Source: a virus. Taken from it: 64,000 bases of DNA. Location: IMG/VR virus record IMGVR_UViG_3300031911_000002, positions 11,956 to 75,955 of that record. The stretch is one strand, 5' to 3'. Made by a program: the position numbers and the translations under genes. This document shows positions 10,060-20,000 of this stretch, piece by piece (the first letter of the stretch is position 1; every line of letters begins with the position of its first letter). Under the pieces are notes generated by a model. That model was not told where the DNA came from. It worked only from the letters and a program-made list of their open reading frames with translations, and did not search any database.

Positions 10060-10134
10060 ATGTGTGGCTGCAACAAGCCTGCGCCCCCTCCGCCCCCGCC
10101 CCCTCCGGGTCCCGGTGGTCCCAGCGGATCCTGA
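10060..10134 (+). CDS. Tiny Cys/Pro-rich peptide (MCGCNKPAPPPPPPPPGPGGPSGS)
   Basis: GAGGTGA RBS; 24 aa ORF between protease and capsid genes. Confidence 0.45.
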   Translation: MCGCNKPAPPPPPPPPGPGGPSGS

Positions 10135-10246
10135 CCTGCGAATTCCCTGAACCGGTTCGTCTAAATGACCTCATTTGGGCGGGCCGGTTTCGTCTGCTAC
10201 GGTGCGCGCGACAACGATCATTCGGCCGTCACCCACGGAGGTTACA

Positions 10247-12034
10247 GTGCCGGAGCCTCAGCTGTTCGAAGCACCCGCTGACCTCACCCTGGTGGGGGAC
10301 GTGGATCTCCAGTCCCTGGAGACGCAGGCCGTGGCGGAGTTCGACCGGGTGATGGGTCTGGAGACCCGCACTCCGGACGACGTCATCTACGCGCAGCGTC
10401 TCACCGGGGACCTGGACAAGATCCGGGCGGAGCTGCGGGTGCGCAAGACCCGCGCCGACGAGCAGGCAGCCCTCGCGCGCCAGGAGACCGAGCGCCAGAT
10501 GGCGTCCCTCAGTGAGCGGGTCCACGGCCCCGGCGACGGCGGTGAGCCCACGGCGGCCGTCACCGCCGGAGGCGACCGGGTCGACCTCGCCGCACTCACC
10601 CAGGCGACCGCCCAGGGTGTCGCCCTTGCGCTGTTCGGGGACGACCAGGGGAAGCTGGAGCAGGCCAAGCGCCGGTTCGCGACCCTGTCCGCCACCCGCG
10701 ACCGTGCCCCGGACCCGCGCGTCCCCGAGCGCACCGACGCCATCACCGCCTCCGTCGACATCCCCGGCGTACAGGCCGGTCAGACTCTGCCGACCCTGGA
10801 GGCCCTCGGGGAAGCGTTCCGCTCCAAGGCCAAGGCCATCCCGGTCACCATGGCCGGACAGGGCGCCGCGCGTCACCTCGTGGCGTCCGTCCGCAACCGG
10901 TTCGAGCACACGGTGGACAACCGGACCGCCCACGCCGAGGTCGAGCGCCTGCTGCGCTCGATGGTGGACGGGGTCGACTCCGCCGACGCTCTCGTGGCCG
11001 GTGGTGGATGGTGCGCCCCCTCCGAGGTCAAGTACGACTTCTTCAACATCGCGTCGGCCGCACCCCGGATGATCGACCTGCCGACCGTCGGCGTGAGCCG
11101 GGGTGGCATCCGCTTCCCGGTCTCCCCCGCCATCGGTGACACGTTCTTCCAGGCCAACGCCGGGTCCAGCCCCGCGTCCGGCTTCGGCGGGTTCGCGTTC
11201 TCGATGAGCAACGCGACTGACCCGTGGCTGTGGACCGAGTCTGACGACGCCCTGACGGTCACAGGCTCCGTCAACAAGCCGACCCTGCGGGTTCCCTGCC
11301 CCTCGTTCAGCGAGGTCCGGCTGGAGTGCTACGGCATCAGCCTCACGGCGGGCAACCTGACGGACGACGCCTACCCGGAGAGCACCCAGAACTTCATCCA
11401 GCTCCTCCGCGCCGCCTACGCCCACGCCATCAACGCGCGCCTGATCAGCCTGATGCAGACCGCATCGGAGTCGGCGGTGAGCATCGGTACGGCCGCCCAC
11501 GGTGTCATCCCGCAGCTCCCCAACGCCGTGGCCCTCGCCGCGACCGACTACCGCACCCGGTTCGCCATGGACGAGAACGCCGTCCTGGAGGTCGTGCTCC
11601 CGTACTGGGTGCTGGAGATGGCCCGCTCCGACCTCGGCTACAAGCCCGGCAACGACAGCCCCGACGACATGGCTGTGGCCGACGCGACGATCGTTTCGAT
11701 GTTCACCGCGCGCAACGTCCGGCCGCAGTTCGTCAGCGACTACCAGGTGCGCGGCACCGGCCTGCCGGGCGTGAGCACCAACAACCTGGCCGCCTGGCCC
11801 ACGAGCGTGGAGTTCATGCTGTACGCGGCAGGCACGTTCGTCCACGGCAACGGCCTTCAGCTGGACCTCGGCGTCATCCGGGACTCCGTCCTCAACGCGG
11901 AGAACGACTTCACCGCGCTGTGGGCGGAGGAGTGCCACCTGATCGCCAAGGTCGGTCACCAGTCCCGCCGGTACACCGCAGCCATCCGGGTGGACGGCAC
12001 GGTCGGTGCCGGGGTCGCGGCTGCGAAGGTGTGA
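10247..12034 (+). CDS. Major capsid protein (hexamer type, with N-terminal scaffold-like region)
   Basis: GGAGG RBS; ALVAGGGWCAPSE, LDLGVIRDSVLNAENDF motifs; position in the head module. Confidence 0.85.
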   Translation: MPEPQLFEAPADLTLVGDVDLQSLETQAVAEFDRVMGLETRTPDDVIYAQRLTGDLDKIRAELRVRKTRADEQAALARQETERQMASLSERVHGPGDGGEPTAAVTAGGDRVDLAALTQATAQGVALALFGDDQGKLEQAKRRFATLSATRDRAPDPRVPERTDAITASVDIPGVQAGQTLPTLEALGEAFRSKAKAIPVTMAGQGAARHLVASVRNRFEHTVDNRTAHAEVERLLRSMVDGVDSADALVAGGGWCAPSEVKYDFFNIASAAPRMIDLPTVGVSRGGIRFPVSPAIGDTFFQANAGSSPASGFGGFAFSMSNATDPWLWTESDDALTVTGSVNKPTLRVPCPSFSEVRLECYGISLTAGNLTDDAYPESTQNFIQLLRAAYAHAINARLISLMQTASESAVSIGTAAHGVIPQLPNAVALAATDYRTRFAMDENAVLEVVLPYWVLEMARSDLGYKPGNDSPDDMAVADATIVSMFTARNVRPQFVSDYQVRGTGLPGVSTNNLAAWPTSVEFMLYAAGTFVHGNGLQLDLGVIRDSVLNAENDFTALWAEECHLIAKVGHQSRRYTAAIRVDGTVGAGVAAAKV

Positions 12035-12079
12035 TCCCTCCTGCCCAGCCGTCCCACAGGACCGAAAGGAGGGTGACCA

Positions 12080-12979
12080 ATGGCTGGAGCACGGGACTTC
12101 ATCAACGGCCCGGAGTTCACTCCGCTCCCCAACTTCCTGTGGGACGCGGCGCAGCACCCGGCGACCGAGGACGCCCACTGGCAGAACGGTGTCACCTGGA
12201 TCGAGCGCTGCGGGGGCGGAGGCACCGCGTACGACGAGTGCATCGCCGTCACTGGGACCGGAGGCACTCCGGCCGCACAGGCTGCCCTCGCCGACAACGT
12301 CGATCAGTCCAACCGGGGCGCCACGGCCTTCACGGTGTACGCGGAGTTCGACTGCGCGCCGGTTGGTCAGGACTACATGCAGGACAAGGCCGTGGAGGCC
12401 CTGGCCAAGCGTGAGCCGTACCTGGTCAGCCGTGCGTTCTGGACGGGAACGGCCGGATCCTCGAACGGGACCGGTCAGACCACGGTTTGGCCTCACCTCG
12501 CCGCCAACGCGACGCTCGACGACCCGCAGGGGATCCGGCTCCAGACGGCGGCCAGCCCGCTCGTCACCGGGGGCGAGGATCCGGCTGTGGCGCTCGGTCA
12601 GCTGGAGGCCCGGCTGGTGGAGTGCTACGGCGGCCAGGGCGTGGTCCACATGGCGTACGAGGCTCTGCCCACGTTCGTCGCTCGTGGGCTGGTCCGGGTC
12701 GACGGAGACCGTCTGGTCACCGTAGCGGGCAACATCGTGGTTCCTGGACAAGGCTACGCCGGAACGTCCCCAGCGGGCGCGGCCCCAGCCGCCGGAACCT
12801 CCTGGGTGTACGCGACTGGCGCCCTGTTCGGGTTCCGGTCGGAGGTGTTCGCACGGGAGTTTCCCGACACGTTCGACCGGGCCGAGAACACGGTGCGCAT
12901 GCTCGCGTCCCGTACGTACCTGTTTGGATACGACTGCTGCCACCTGGCGGCTCTCGTCAACCTCGGTGTTCCCACGTAA
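12080..12979 (+). CDS. Second capsid protein (pentamer type)
   Basis: Follows the major capsid gene; HWQNGVTW...C, FTVYAEFDC. Confidence 0.65.
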   Translation: MAGARDFINGPEFTPLPNFLWDAAQHPATEDAHWQNGVTWIERCGGGGTAYDECIAVTGTGGTPAAQAALADNVDQSNRGATAFTVYAEFDCAPVGQDYMQDKAVEALAKREPYLVSRAFWTGTAGSSNGTGQTTVWPHLAANATLDDPQGIRLQTAASPLVTGGEDPAVALGQLEARLVECYGGQGVVHMAYEALPTFVARGLVRVDGDRLVTVAGNIVVPGQGYAGTSPAGAAPAAGTSWVYATGALFGFRSEVFAREFPDTFDRAENTVRMLASRTYLFGYDCCHLAALVNLGVPT

Positions 12980-12989
12980 GGGGTGAACA

Positions 12990-13688
12990 GTGGTAGCAAC
13001 AGTCTCTGCGTGCGCAACCCCGATCAAGGGAACGCACATGCGCGTGGTCCGTCTGGACTCCTGCGGTCTCCCGGTCACCGGCACCGGCTCCCTGGTCGTC
13101 GTGACCAAGGGATTCGTGCAGGTGCAGAACGAGCCGCAGTACGAGGACGGAGAGGAATTCTTCGAGCGGACCGCCGACGGCACCGTCTGTGTCAACCAGA
13201 AGGACGACCCTGTCCTCAAGCGCTTCCAGCTCACGATGGATTTCTGCGAGGTCAACACGACCATGCTGGCCTTCATGACCAGCGCTCGGGAGCTGACGGC
13301 GTCCGGAGCGGGGGTCACCGGGTCCGGCATGGCGTTCGCGGAGGGGTCCCCGTCGAACCGGTACTCGCTGGAGGTCTGGCAGAAAGTCGCCGGATCCGGG
13401 GCGTGCGACGCGTCCGGCGCGCAGCGGTACATCTACAACGCGTGGCCGAACCTCGGGGCGAGCAAGCTGGGCTCGTACTCCATCGAGAACGGCCGCTCCA
13501 CGTTCCAGCTCATGAGCGAGTCCCAGGCCGGGTCGACCACGGCGACCGTCGGCTGGCTCAACGGGCCGGGCTCCAGCACGAGCTGGCTGCCGTCCGGGGA
13601 GACGCTCGGGACCGGGGAGCACTGGCTGTGGAACATCACGACCACGGCTCCGCCGACAGCGGCGTGCAACCCGACCACCCTTACGTGA
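12990..13688 (+). CDS. Major tail protein
   Basis: RVVRLDSCGLP, YEDGEEF, DFCEVN motifs; position. Confidence 0.75.
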   Translation: MVATVSACATPIKGTHMRVVRLDSCGLPVTGTGSLVVVTKGFVQVQNEPQYEDGEEFFERTADGTVCVNQKDDPVLKRFQLTMDFCEVNTTMLAFMTSARELTASGAGVTGSGMAFAEGSPSNRYSLEVWQKVAGSGACDASGAQRYIYNAWPNLGASKLGSYSIENGRSTFQLMSESQAGSTTATVGWLNGPGSSTSWLPSGETLGTGEHWLWNITTTAPPTAACNPTTLT

Positions 13689-13996
13689 TCCTTCACGCGG
13701 AGCAGCGCTGGGTCTGCCCCAACTGTCCGGCCACGGCCGTGACGGAGGGGCGGACCAACCGTTTCCACCGCTGCACGGGCCTGCGCCTGCTCCTCGCGCC
13801 CATGGTCCTGGAGGGAACCCGCTGCAAGGTGGTGGCGCGGGAGCGCGAGGACTACGTGGGCCGGGAGACCGTACAGTGCGATGGCGAGGGGCGCCCGGTC
13901 GCCGCCATCATGACCGTGCGGGACGATGGCGAGGACTGCACCGTGCTGGCGCCTGCGGCCCGTATGAGGATGGTGTCCGATGGCGTGGAGCGCTAG
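13685..13996 (+). CDS. Hypothetical Cys-containing protein
   Basis: GTGA overlap with the major tail gene; WVCPNC...FHRC. Confidence 0.6.
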   Translation: MILHAEQRWVCPNCPATAVTEGRTNRFHRCTGLRLLLAPMVLEGTRCKVVAREREDYVGRETVQCDGEGRPVAAIMTVRDDGEDCTVLAPAARMRMVSDGVER

Positions 13997-14486
13997 CGCG
14001 ATCTTCCGGGAGTGGCCCCGGTCCGTGATGGGACAGGGACAGACGGCGGCCGTTCTCCCGGCCGGGTACGCCGGACTGGGAGCCGACACCGTCAAGTGCG
14101 CCCTGTTCGGAGGCAACACCCCGGACAAGGACGCGGTCCTCGCGCAGACCGGCTACAACTCCGGCTCGTCCCAGTGGGTCACGGCGAACGAGAAGACGGG
14201 CGGGGCCGACTGGGTCTCCGGCGGCCGGACTCTGGGATCCAAGACCCTGACCACCCCGTCCTCCGGGGTGTTCATGTTCGACGCGGCAGACCTGACGAGT
14301 GCGGCGACCGCCACGATGTCGAACGTCGAGGGGGCCCTGATCTACGACGACACGATCACCGCCGGGACCGGCGGGGTGGCGGACCAGGGTGTCTGTTACC
14401 TCTGGTTCGGGGGCGCTCAGTCGGTCACCTCGGGGACGTTCTCCGTGATCTTCAACGCCGACGGACTGCTCCGGATCTCGGTTTAG
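13980..14486 (+). CDS. Virion structural protein
   Basis: Gly/Thr-rich; FDAADL...ALIYDDT...FGGAQSVTSGTFSV. Confidence 0.65.
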   Translation: MAWSASAIFREWPRSVMGQGQTAAVLPAGYAGLGADTVKCALFGGNTPDKDAVLAQTGYNSGSSQWVTANEKTGGADWVSGGRTLGSKTLTTPSSGVFMFDAADLTSAATATMSNVEGALIYDDTITAGTGGVADQGVCYLWFGGAQSVTSGTFSVIFNADGLLRISV

Positions 14487-14507
14487 TTTATTCGTCCCGC
14501 CGGATAC

Positions 14508-14675
14508 CTATCCGGTTACCCGGAGTCGCTTTAGCTAAATCTACCGATGCGTAGCGTAGCGGAAGCACGAGGTTGCGTTCTCCGCAGCGATCTGCGGACA
14601 CCCTGTCTCCCCGGACACCCGTCCGGAGTTCGTTGTTCGGCCAGGTCGGGCCACAGATCGCTACCGGCCGGTAAG
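14508..14675 (+). repeat. 168-bp dispersed non-coding repeat, copy 1
   Basis: Ungapped match to 37399-37566 (8 mismatches by manual alignment) and to 48121-48288. Confidence 0.95.
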
Positions 14676-14720
14676 AGGCCGTAGGCCACGGCCCGTATAT
14701 CCTTCCGTCGGGAGGTCGCC

Positions 14721-15512
14721 GTGACTGCTGACTTCGGGCCCTGTGAGAACTGGCCGATCCACTGGACGTGCCAGACGTCCTCGCTGGATCCGGCCGTGAC
14801 CGGGTACGCCGTATCGATGGCGACGCGGGTGCTGTGGTCGCTCTCCGGCCGCCGGTTCGGCACTTGCCAGACCACGCTCCGCCCGTGCCGCAAGGACTGT
14901 TACGACTCCTGGCCGTGGGGGTGGACCGAGTGGGACAACTCCGTGCTCGGGACCTCGGTCTGGTCCTCGTACCGCTACTGGTTCCCGCTCGCCTGCGGTG
15001 CCTGCACCACCGGCTGCTCGTGCTCCCGCGTCTCTGAGGTCGTCCTCCCCTCCCCCGTCAACAGCATCGTCCAGGTGAAGGTCGACGGCACCCCGCTCGT
15101 CACCGGGGCGTACCGGGTCGACAACAACCGGCTGCTGGTACGTACGGACGGCCAGGAGTGGCCTCTCTGCAACGATCTGAGCAAGGACGACACAGAGGCT
15201 GGCACGTGGTCCGTAACGGCCCTGTACGGCGAGGACGTGCCGGAGGGGGCCCGTCTCGCGATGGGTGAACTGGCCTGCGAGATCAGCAAGGCCGGAGCCG
15301 GTCAGGACTGCCGCCTTCCCCCCGGCGTCACCCAGCTCGTCCGGCAGGGTGTGACGATCCAGTACCCGGATGTCGGCCAGCTCCTGAAGGACGGCCGCAC
15401 CGGCCTGTACCTCGTGGACATGTTCATCGCGGCGGAGAACCCTCACGGCCTCACCCAGCGGGGCCGGGTCTACAGCGTGGACCGGGCCCTGAGCCGGAGG
15501 ACGAACACATGA
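14721..15512 (+). CDS. Head-to-tail adaptor
   Basis: LWSLSGRRFGTC..TLRPC, LACEI, CRLP..VTQLVRQGVT, TGLYLVD motifs. Confidence 0.75.
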   Translation: MTADFGPCENWPIHWTCQTSSLDPAVTGYAVSMATRVLWSLSGRRFGTCQTTLRPCRKDCYDSWPWGWTEWDNSVLGTSVWSSYRYWFPLACGACTTGCSCSRVSEVVLPSPVNSIVQVKVDGTPLVTGAYRVDNNRLLVRTDGQEWPLCNDLSKDDTEAGTWSVTALYGEDVPEGARLAMGELACEISKAGAGQDCRLPPGVTQLVRQGVTIQYPDVGQLLKDGRTGLYLVDMFIAAENPHGLTQRGRVYSVDRALSRRTNT

Positions 15513-16012
15513 TCACGGGATCGGCGCGCTGGTACACCGTGGGGGCCCGGATCGTCACCGCCGTCCGCACGGGACTCTCCGCGTCCGTCGCGCGCGCGGG
15601 ACAGGTCCCCGGAGAGATCACCTGGGACGAGTGCAACTGTGACGGAGCCCTGTACGTCACGGTGCCCCGCGTCTACCTGTCGGAAGCGTTCCCCGCCGAG
15701 CAGGAGACGCCCGTGGGGGCCCGCTGCCGGGCTCCGTACGAGGTCGGGGAGTACACCGTGTCCGTGGTCCGCTGCGCCCCGCAGGCGGACGGTCAGAGCC
15801 TCGCTCCCTCCGTGACGGACCTCGACAACGCAGCGGGCCTGCTCCTCCAGGACATCGCCGAGACCATGGACGCCCTGGCGGTCCTGATGTGCTCGATGGA
15901 CGACGCCGACGAGATCAGCGACTACCTGGTGACCCCTGCGGAGTCGGCCGGACCGAACGGCGACTGTGTCGGCTTCACCCTCCGCGTCCTCGTCGCGCTG
16001 GAGCGTCCCTGA
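15509..16012 (+). CDS. Neck / tail-completion protein (putative)
   Basis: Position and ATGA coupling; WDECNC...G.GDCVG. Confidence 0.55.
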   Translation: MITGSARWYTVGARIVTAVRTGLSASVARAGQVPGEITWDECNCDGALYVTVPRVYLSEAFPAEQETPVGARCRAPYEVGEYTVSVVRCAPQADGQSLAPSVTDLDNAAGLLLQDIAETMDALAVLMCSMDDADEISDYLVTPAESAGPNGDCVGFTLRVLVALERP

Positions 16013-16371
16013 TGCCCGCAGCGAACATCGAGTGGCGGCCGGGCCCCGGCGCGCAGGCGCAGCTCGACGCCGAGGTGATGAAGTTCCTCCTCAGCCGCGC
16101 CCGGAGGGTGCAGCGCAACGCGCGCCGGATGGCCCCCGGCCGCATGGGCAAGAAGGTCAACGCCGTCATCGTCGGCAAGCACGTGCGCATCGAGTCGTCG
16201 CACCCGGCGACCATGTACGTGATCAAGGGGACCCGCAAGCACATCATCCGGCCCCGGTACCGCAAGGTGCTGAAGTTCACCTCCAGGGGCAACACGGTGT
16301 TCGCCAAGGTCGTCCACCACCCTGGCACCAAGCCGAACGACTTCCTGACCAAGGCCCTGCGGATGGGGTAG
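16012..16371 (+). CDS. HK97 gp10-like neck protein
   Basis: Basic protein; GTRKHIIRP...KVLKF...VHHPGTKPNDFL. Confidence 0.65.
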   Translation: MPAANIEWRPGPGAQAQLDAEVMKFLLSRARRVQRNARRMAPGRMGKKVNAVIVGKHVRIESSHPATMYVIKGTRKHIIRPRYRKVLKFTSRGNTVFAKVVHHPGTKPNDFLTKALRMG

Positions 16372-16409
16372 CGAGCGATCATGGGCACCCCGTGCCCTAT
16401 GCTCCGCCC

Positions 16410-16844
16410 ATGAGCGAGATCAAGGACTTCACCCGCAGGCGGAAGGCTCCGCAGTTCCGCATCGACGAGGACCTGTTCACGGCCGTCGCCGCGATTCCGG
16501 CGGAGGAGATGATCTCTTTCGCCGAGCAGATCACCACGGCCGACCCCACCCAGATGTCTCCGCGCGAACAGGTGAGCCTCCTGCGCAAGACGCTGGAGAA
16601 CATGCTCGTGCCGGAGTCCCTCCTCCGGTTCCAGCAGCGCATGGCGGACAAGACCAACCCCATCGACATGGAGCAGCTCAACGACGTCGTTGAGTGGCTG
16701 TTCGAGGAGTACGGGCTCCGCCCTACGACCGGATCCAGCAGCTCGTCCAGTGGGGGCTCGCCCCCGGTACCTGGCATTACCTCGACGGACAGCATGCCGG
16801 ACGTGGTGTCGATCTCCGCAGCCTCCCCCTCGACAGCTTCCTGA
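16410..16844 (+). CDS. Tail assembly chaperone (G)
   Basis: Precedes tape measure; ends in RPT plus Ser-rich tail; TATGCT 6 nt before ATG (leaderless-type). Confidence 0.75.
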   Translation: MSEIKDFTRRRKAPQFRIDEDLFTAVAAIPAEEMISFAEQITTADPTQMSPREQVSLLRKTLENMLVPESLLRFQQRMADKTNPIDMEQLNDVVEWLFEEYGLRPTTGSSSSSSGGSPPVPGITSTDSMPDVVSISAASPSTAS

Positions 16845-17092
16845 ACATCCTGTACGCCGCACGGGTCGACGCGCGCGAGGTGCGCGAGAACGAGAGTGCG
16901 GAAGCGGTGTCCCGGCAGCTGGACAACGAGATGGGCGTGGCGGAGTGGTGGACGCCGCTGCACACGCGCAGGCCCGGTCCGGTCCGGCCAAAGGTCACGG
17001 AGGACGGGCTGAAGGTTCCGTCGTGGTGGACGGACGACGAGACGGAGAGCCAGCAGATGCTGGCCGCACAGGGGGTGACACTCGATGGCTAG
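16721..17092 (+). CDS. Tail assembly chaperone T portion (probably via -1 frameshift)
   Basis: Overlapping -1 frame (PYDRIQQLVQW...LPLDSFLNILY) with no good own start; CCCTAC at 16721. Confidence 0.6.
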   Translation, partial: PYDRIQQLVQWGLAPGTWHYLDGQHAGRGVDLRSLPLDSFLNILYAARVDAREVRENESAEAVSRQLDNEMGVAEWWTPLHTRRPGPVRPKVTEDGLKVPSWWTDDETESQQMLAAQGVTLDG

Positions 17093-20000
17093 CATCCTGG
17101 TCGCCACAGGGTTCGTCCGGATCGAGTCGGACACCAAGCCCGCCCTGAAAGCGCTCAAGGGCTTCGGGTCCATCGCCGCCAGCGCGCTGACGACCACGCT
17201 CCTCCCGGCCACGGCTCTCGTGGCCACGGGGATCGGCGCGATCGGCGGCGCGCTGGCGTCCGCCGGAGCGGCGGCCGGAGCGTTCGGCGCTGCTGTCATC
17301 CCGCAGTTCCAGAAGATCACGGACGCGAACGAGAAGTACAAGACAGCCCAGGAGAAGAGCGCCAAGGCGGACCAGGCCAAGGCGTACGCCCAAAAGGTCG
17401 CCAAGAAGTTCGGCGTGGAGTACGGCGCCTCCATCAAGATCACGTCCAAGATGACGGACACCGCGCGCGAGGAGGCGCTGAAGTACAACAAGGCCCTGTC
17501 GGAGTCCAAGACGGCGTCCAACGCCGCGCGCAAGGCGCAGGACGAATACAAGGCCAAGATGGCGGAGATGACCCCGGCGACGAGGGCGACCGCCAAGGAG
17601 TTCCTGGGGCTCAAGGACGACTTTGAACGGTGGTCCGACTCCCTCAGCGGCGCCACGATGCCGATCTTCACCCGCGCCCTGCAAGGGGTCCGCCGACTCC
17701 TGCCCAGCCTCACCCCGTTCGTCAGGTCGGCGGCCGGAGCGATCCAGGGATTCATGGACACCCTGGGGGAGGGGTCCGCCGGGCGGATCTTCCGCGAGTT
17801 CGGCGACAACATGCGCAAGAACGCCGGGGGTGCGCTCCGCGACTTCCTGTCCTTCGGCAAGGACATGGTGGCGGGGATCCTCGGGATCCTGAACGCGTTC
17901 GCCCCCTTCCAGGAGCGCGTGGGAGGGGGCATGGCCGAGATGGGCCAGCGGTTCGCCGACTGGAGCGCCAACCTGGGCTCCAGCGGGGGCTTCCAGACCT
18001 TCGTGCAGACCGCCGAGAACGCCGGGCCCAAGCTGGGGGATCTGTTTCGCTCCATCGCCGAGGCCATGGGGAAGATCTCCGACTCCGCCGGACCCCTGGC
18101 CGGGGTCGGAATCACCATCGCCGGTATCTTCGCGCAGATCATCGACGCGATCCCCACCCCGGTCCTCCAGGTGCTGGTCCCCGCGATCCTCGCGGTGAAC
18201 ACAGCAATGAAGCTGTACGCGATCTACTCCGCTGCCGCGACAGCTGCCACGTGGCTGTTCACCACGTCGGTCACCACGAGCACGGGCGTGACCTACGCCA
18301 GCCGGGTCGTCCTCGTCGCGCACCGGATATCCCTCGTGGCGCACGCGCTGGCCAGCCGGATCGCGGCAGCTGCAACCGCCACCTTCAGCCTCGCGATGCG
18401 GGTCGCCTCCGGCGTCATGCTCGCCTTCCGGTACGGCCTCGTCGCGCTCCGTCTCGGTCTCGTGCTCACCGCGACCGGGTTCCGCCTGCTCGCCATCGCG
18501 ATCATCAGTAACCCCATCGGACTGATCATCGCCGGAATCGCGCTGCTCGTGGGCGCCTTCATCCTCGCGTACAAGAAATCCGAGACGTTCCGCAACATCG
18601 TCAACAAGGCGATGGAGGGCGTGAAGAACGTGGCCGCCGCGATCGGCCGCTGGTTCGCCGGTCCCTTTGTCGACTTCTTCAAAAAGGCTTGGGACCTGTA
18701 CTACAAGTTCCTGGTCCGGCCGTTCTTGTGGTTCTACACGGAAGCCGTGCCCGCAGCGGCCAAGTTCGTCTGGAACATCATCGTCCAGTACTGGAACTTC
18801 ATCTGGGGCGCCGCTAAGACGGCCTGGGGTCTGTACTACAAGTTCCTGGTCAAGCCGTTCCTGTGGTTCTACCTGGAGGCCGTGCCGGGGGCCGCCAAGT
18901 TCGTCTGGAACAAGATCGTCCAGTTCTGGAACCTGATCGTCTCGGGGGTCCGGGCGGCGTGGGGTCTGTACCAGCGGTTCGTCATCCGGCCCATCATCAA
19001 CTTCTTCACCCAGACGATCCCCGGCGCCGCGCGCGCCCTGCGCGACCGGGTCGTGGGCGCCTGGAACGGCCTGCGCGACCGGGTCTCCGGAGTCTTCACC
19101 AGCATCAAGAACCGCGTCTTCAGTCCGATACGTACCTTTTTCACCCAGACGATCCCTGGCTGGGCCCGCACCCTGCGGGACAAGGTCAAAGGGTTCTTCT
19201 CCGACATGCGCGACGGCATCGGGGTGATCTGGAACGGGATCAAGAACAAGGCCAAGTCGCCCATCAACTGGGTGCTGCGCAACGTGTGGAACAAAGGGAT
19301 CGTCTCGGTCTGGGGGAAGATCGCAGGCTGGATCGGGATCAAGAACGGGCTGAAGACGGTCAAGGAGCTGGCGGCCGGAGGGACGGTCGGCCGGTCCGGC
19401 ATGGGGATCTTCAACCGGCCCACGGCCATCGTCGGCGAGGGCAACCCGGCGTACCCGGAGTACGTGATCCCCACGGACCCGAAGTACGCCACCCGCGCGC
19501 GCGGGCTGTGGGAGGCGGCCGGAGCGCACTTCATGGAGGACGGGGGCATCCTCGGGACCCTCGGCAAGGCGGCCAGCAAGGTGACCGGGGCCGCGACCGG
19601 AGCGGCCAAGGGCGTCGCCGACTTCCTCGGGGACCCTGTCGGCAAGGCCAAGAAGCTGCTGCTGGCCTCCCTGTCGGGCATGTCCAAGCTGGGCAACTCC
19701 CCCTGGGTCAAGATGGCCACCAAGCTCCCCCGGATGGCCGTGGACGGGCTCATCAAGGCGGTGAAGGACTCCGCCGGGGACATCCTCGGGGGCATCGGCA
19801 GCGCGGTCGGTCTCGGCTCCAGCGGGGGCTCCGGAGTGAAGAGGTGGGCCGGGGTCGTGCAGATGATGCTCCGGCAGGTCGGCCAGCCCGCCGCGTACAC
19901 AGGCATCACGCTGCGCCGGATGAACCAGGAGTCTGGCGGCAACCCGACGATCGTCAACAAGTGGGACAGCAACTGGAAGGCCGGTCACCCGTCGGTCGGG

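Noticed and set aside
14547-14684. Peptide encoded in the 168-bp repeat (MRSVAEARGC...)
   Set aside because: No RBS, stop positions differ between copies, and most differences change amino acids.
18680-19230. Internal repeats in the tape measure gene
   Set aside because: Ordinary aromatic-periodic tape measure repeats.
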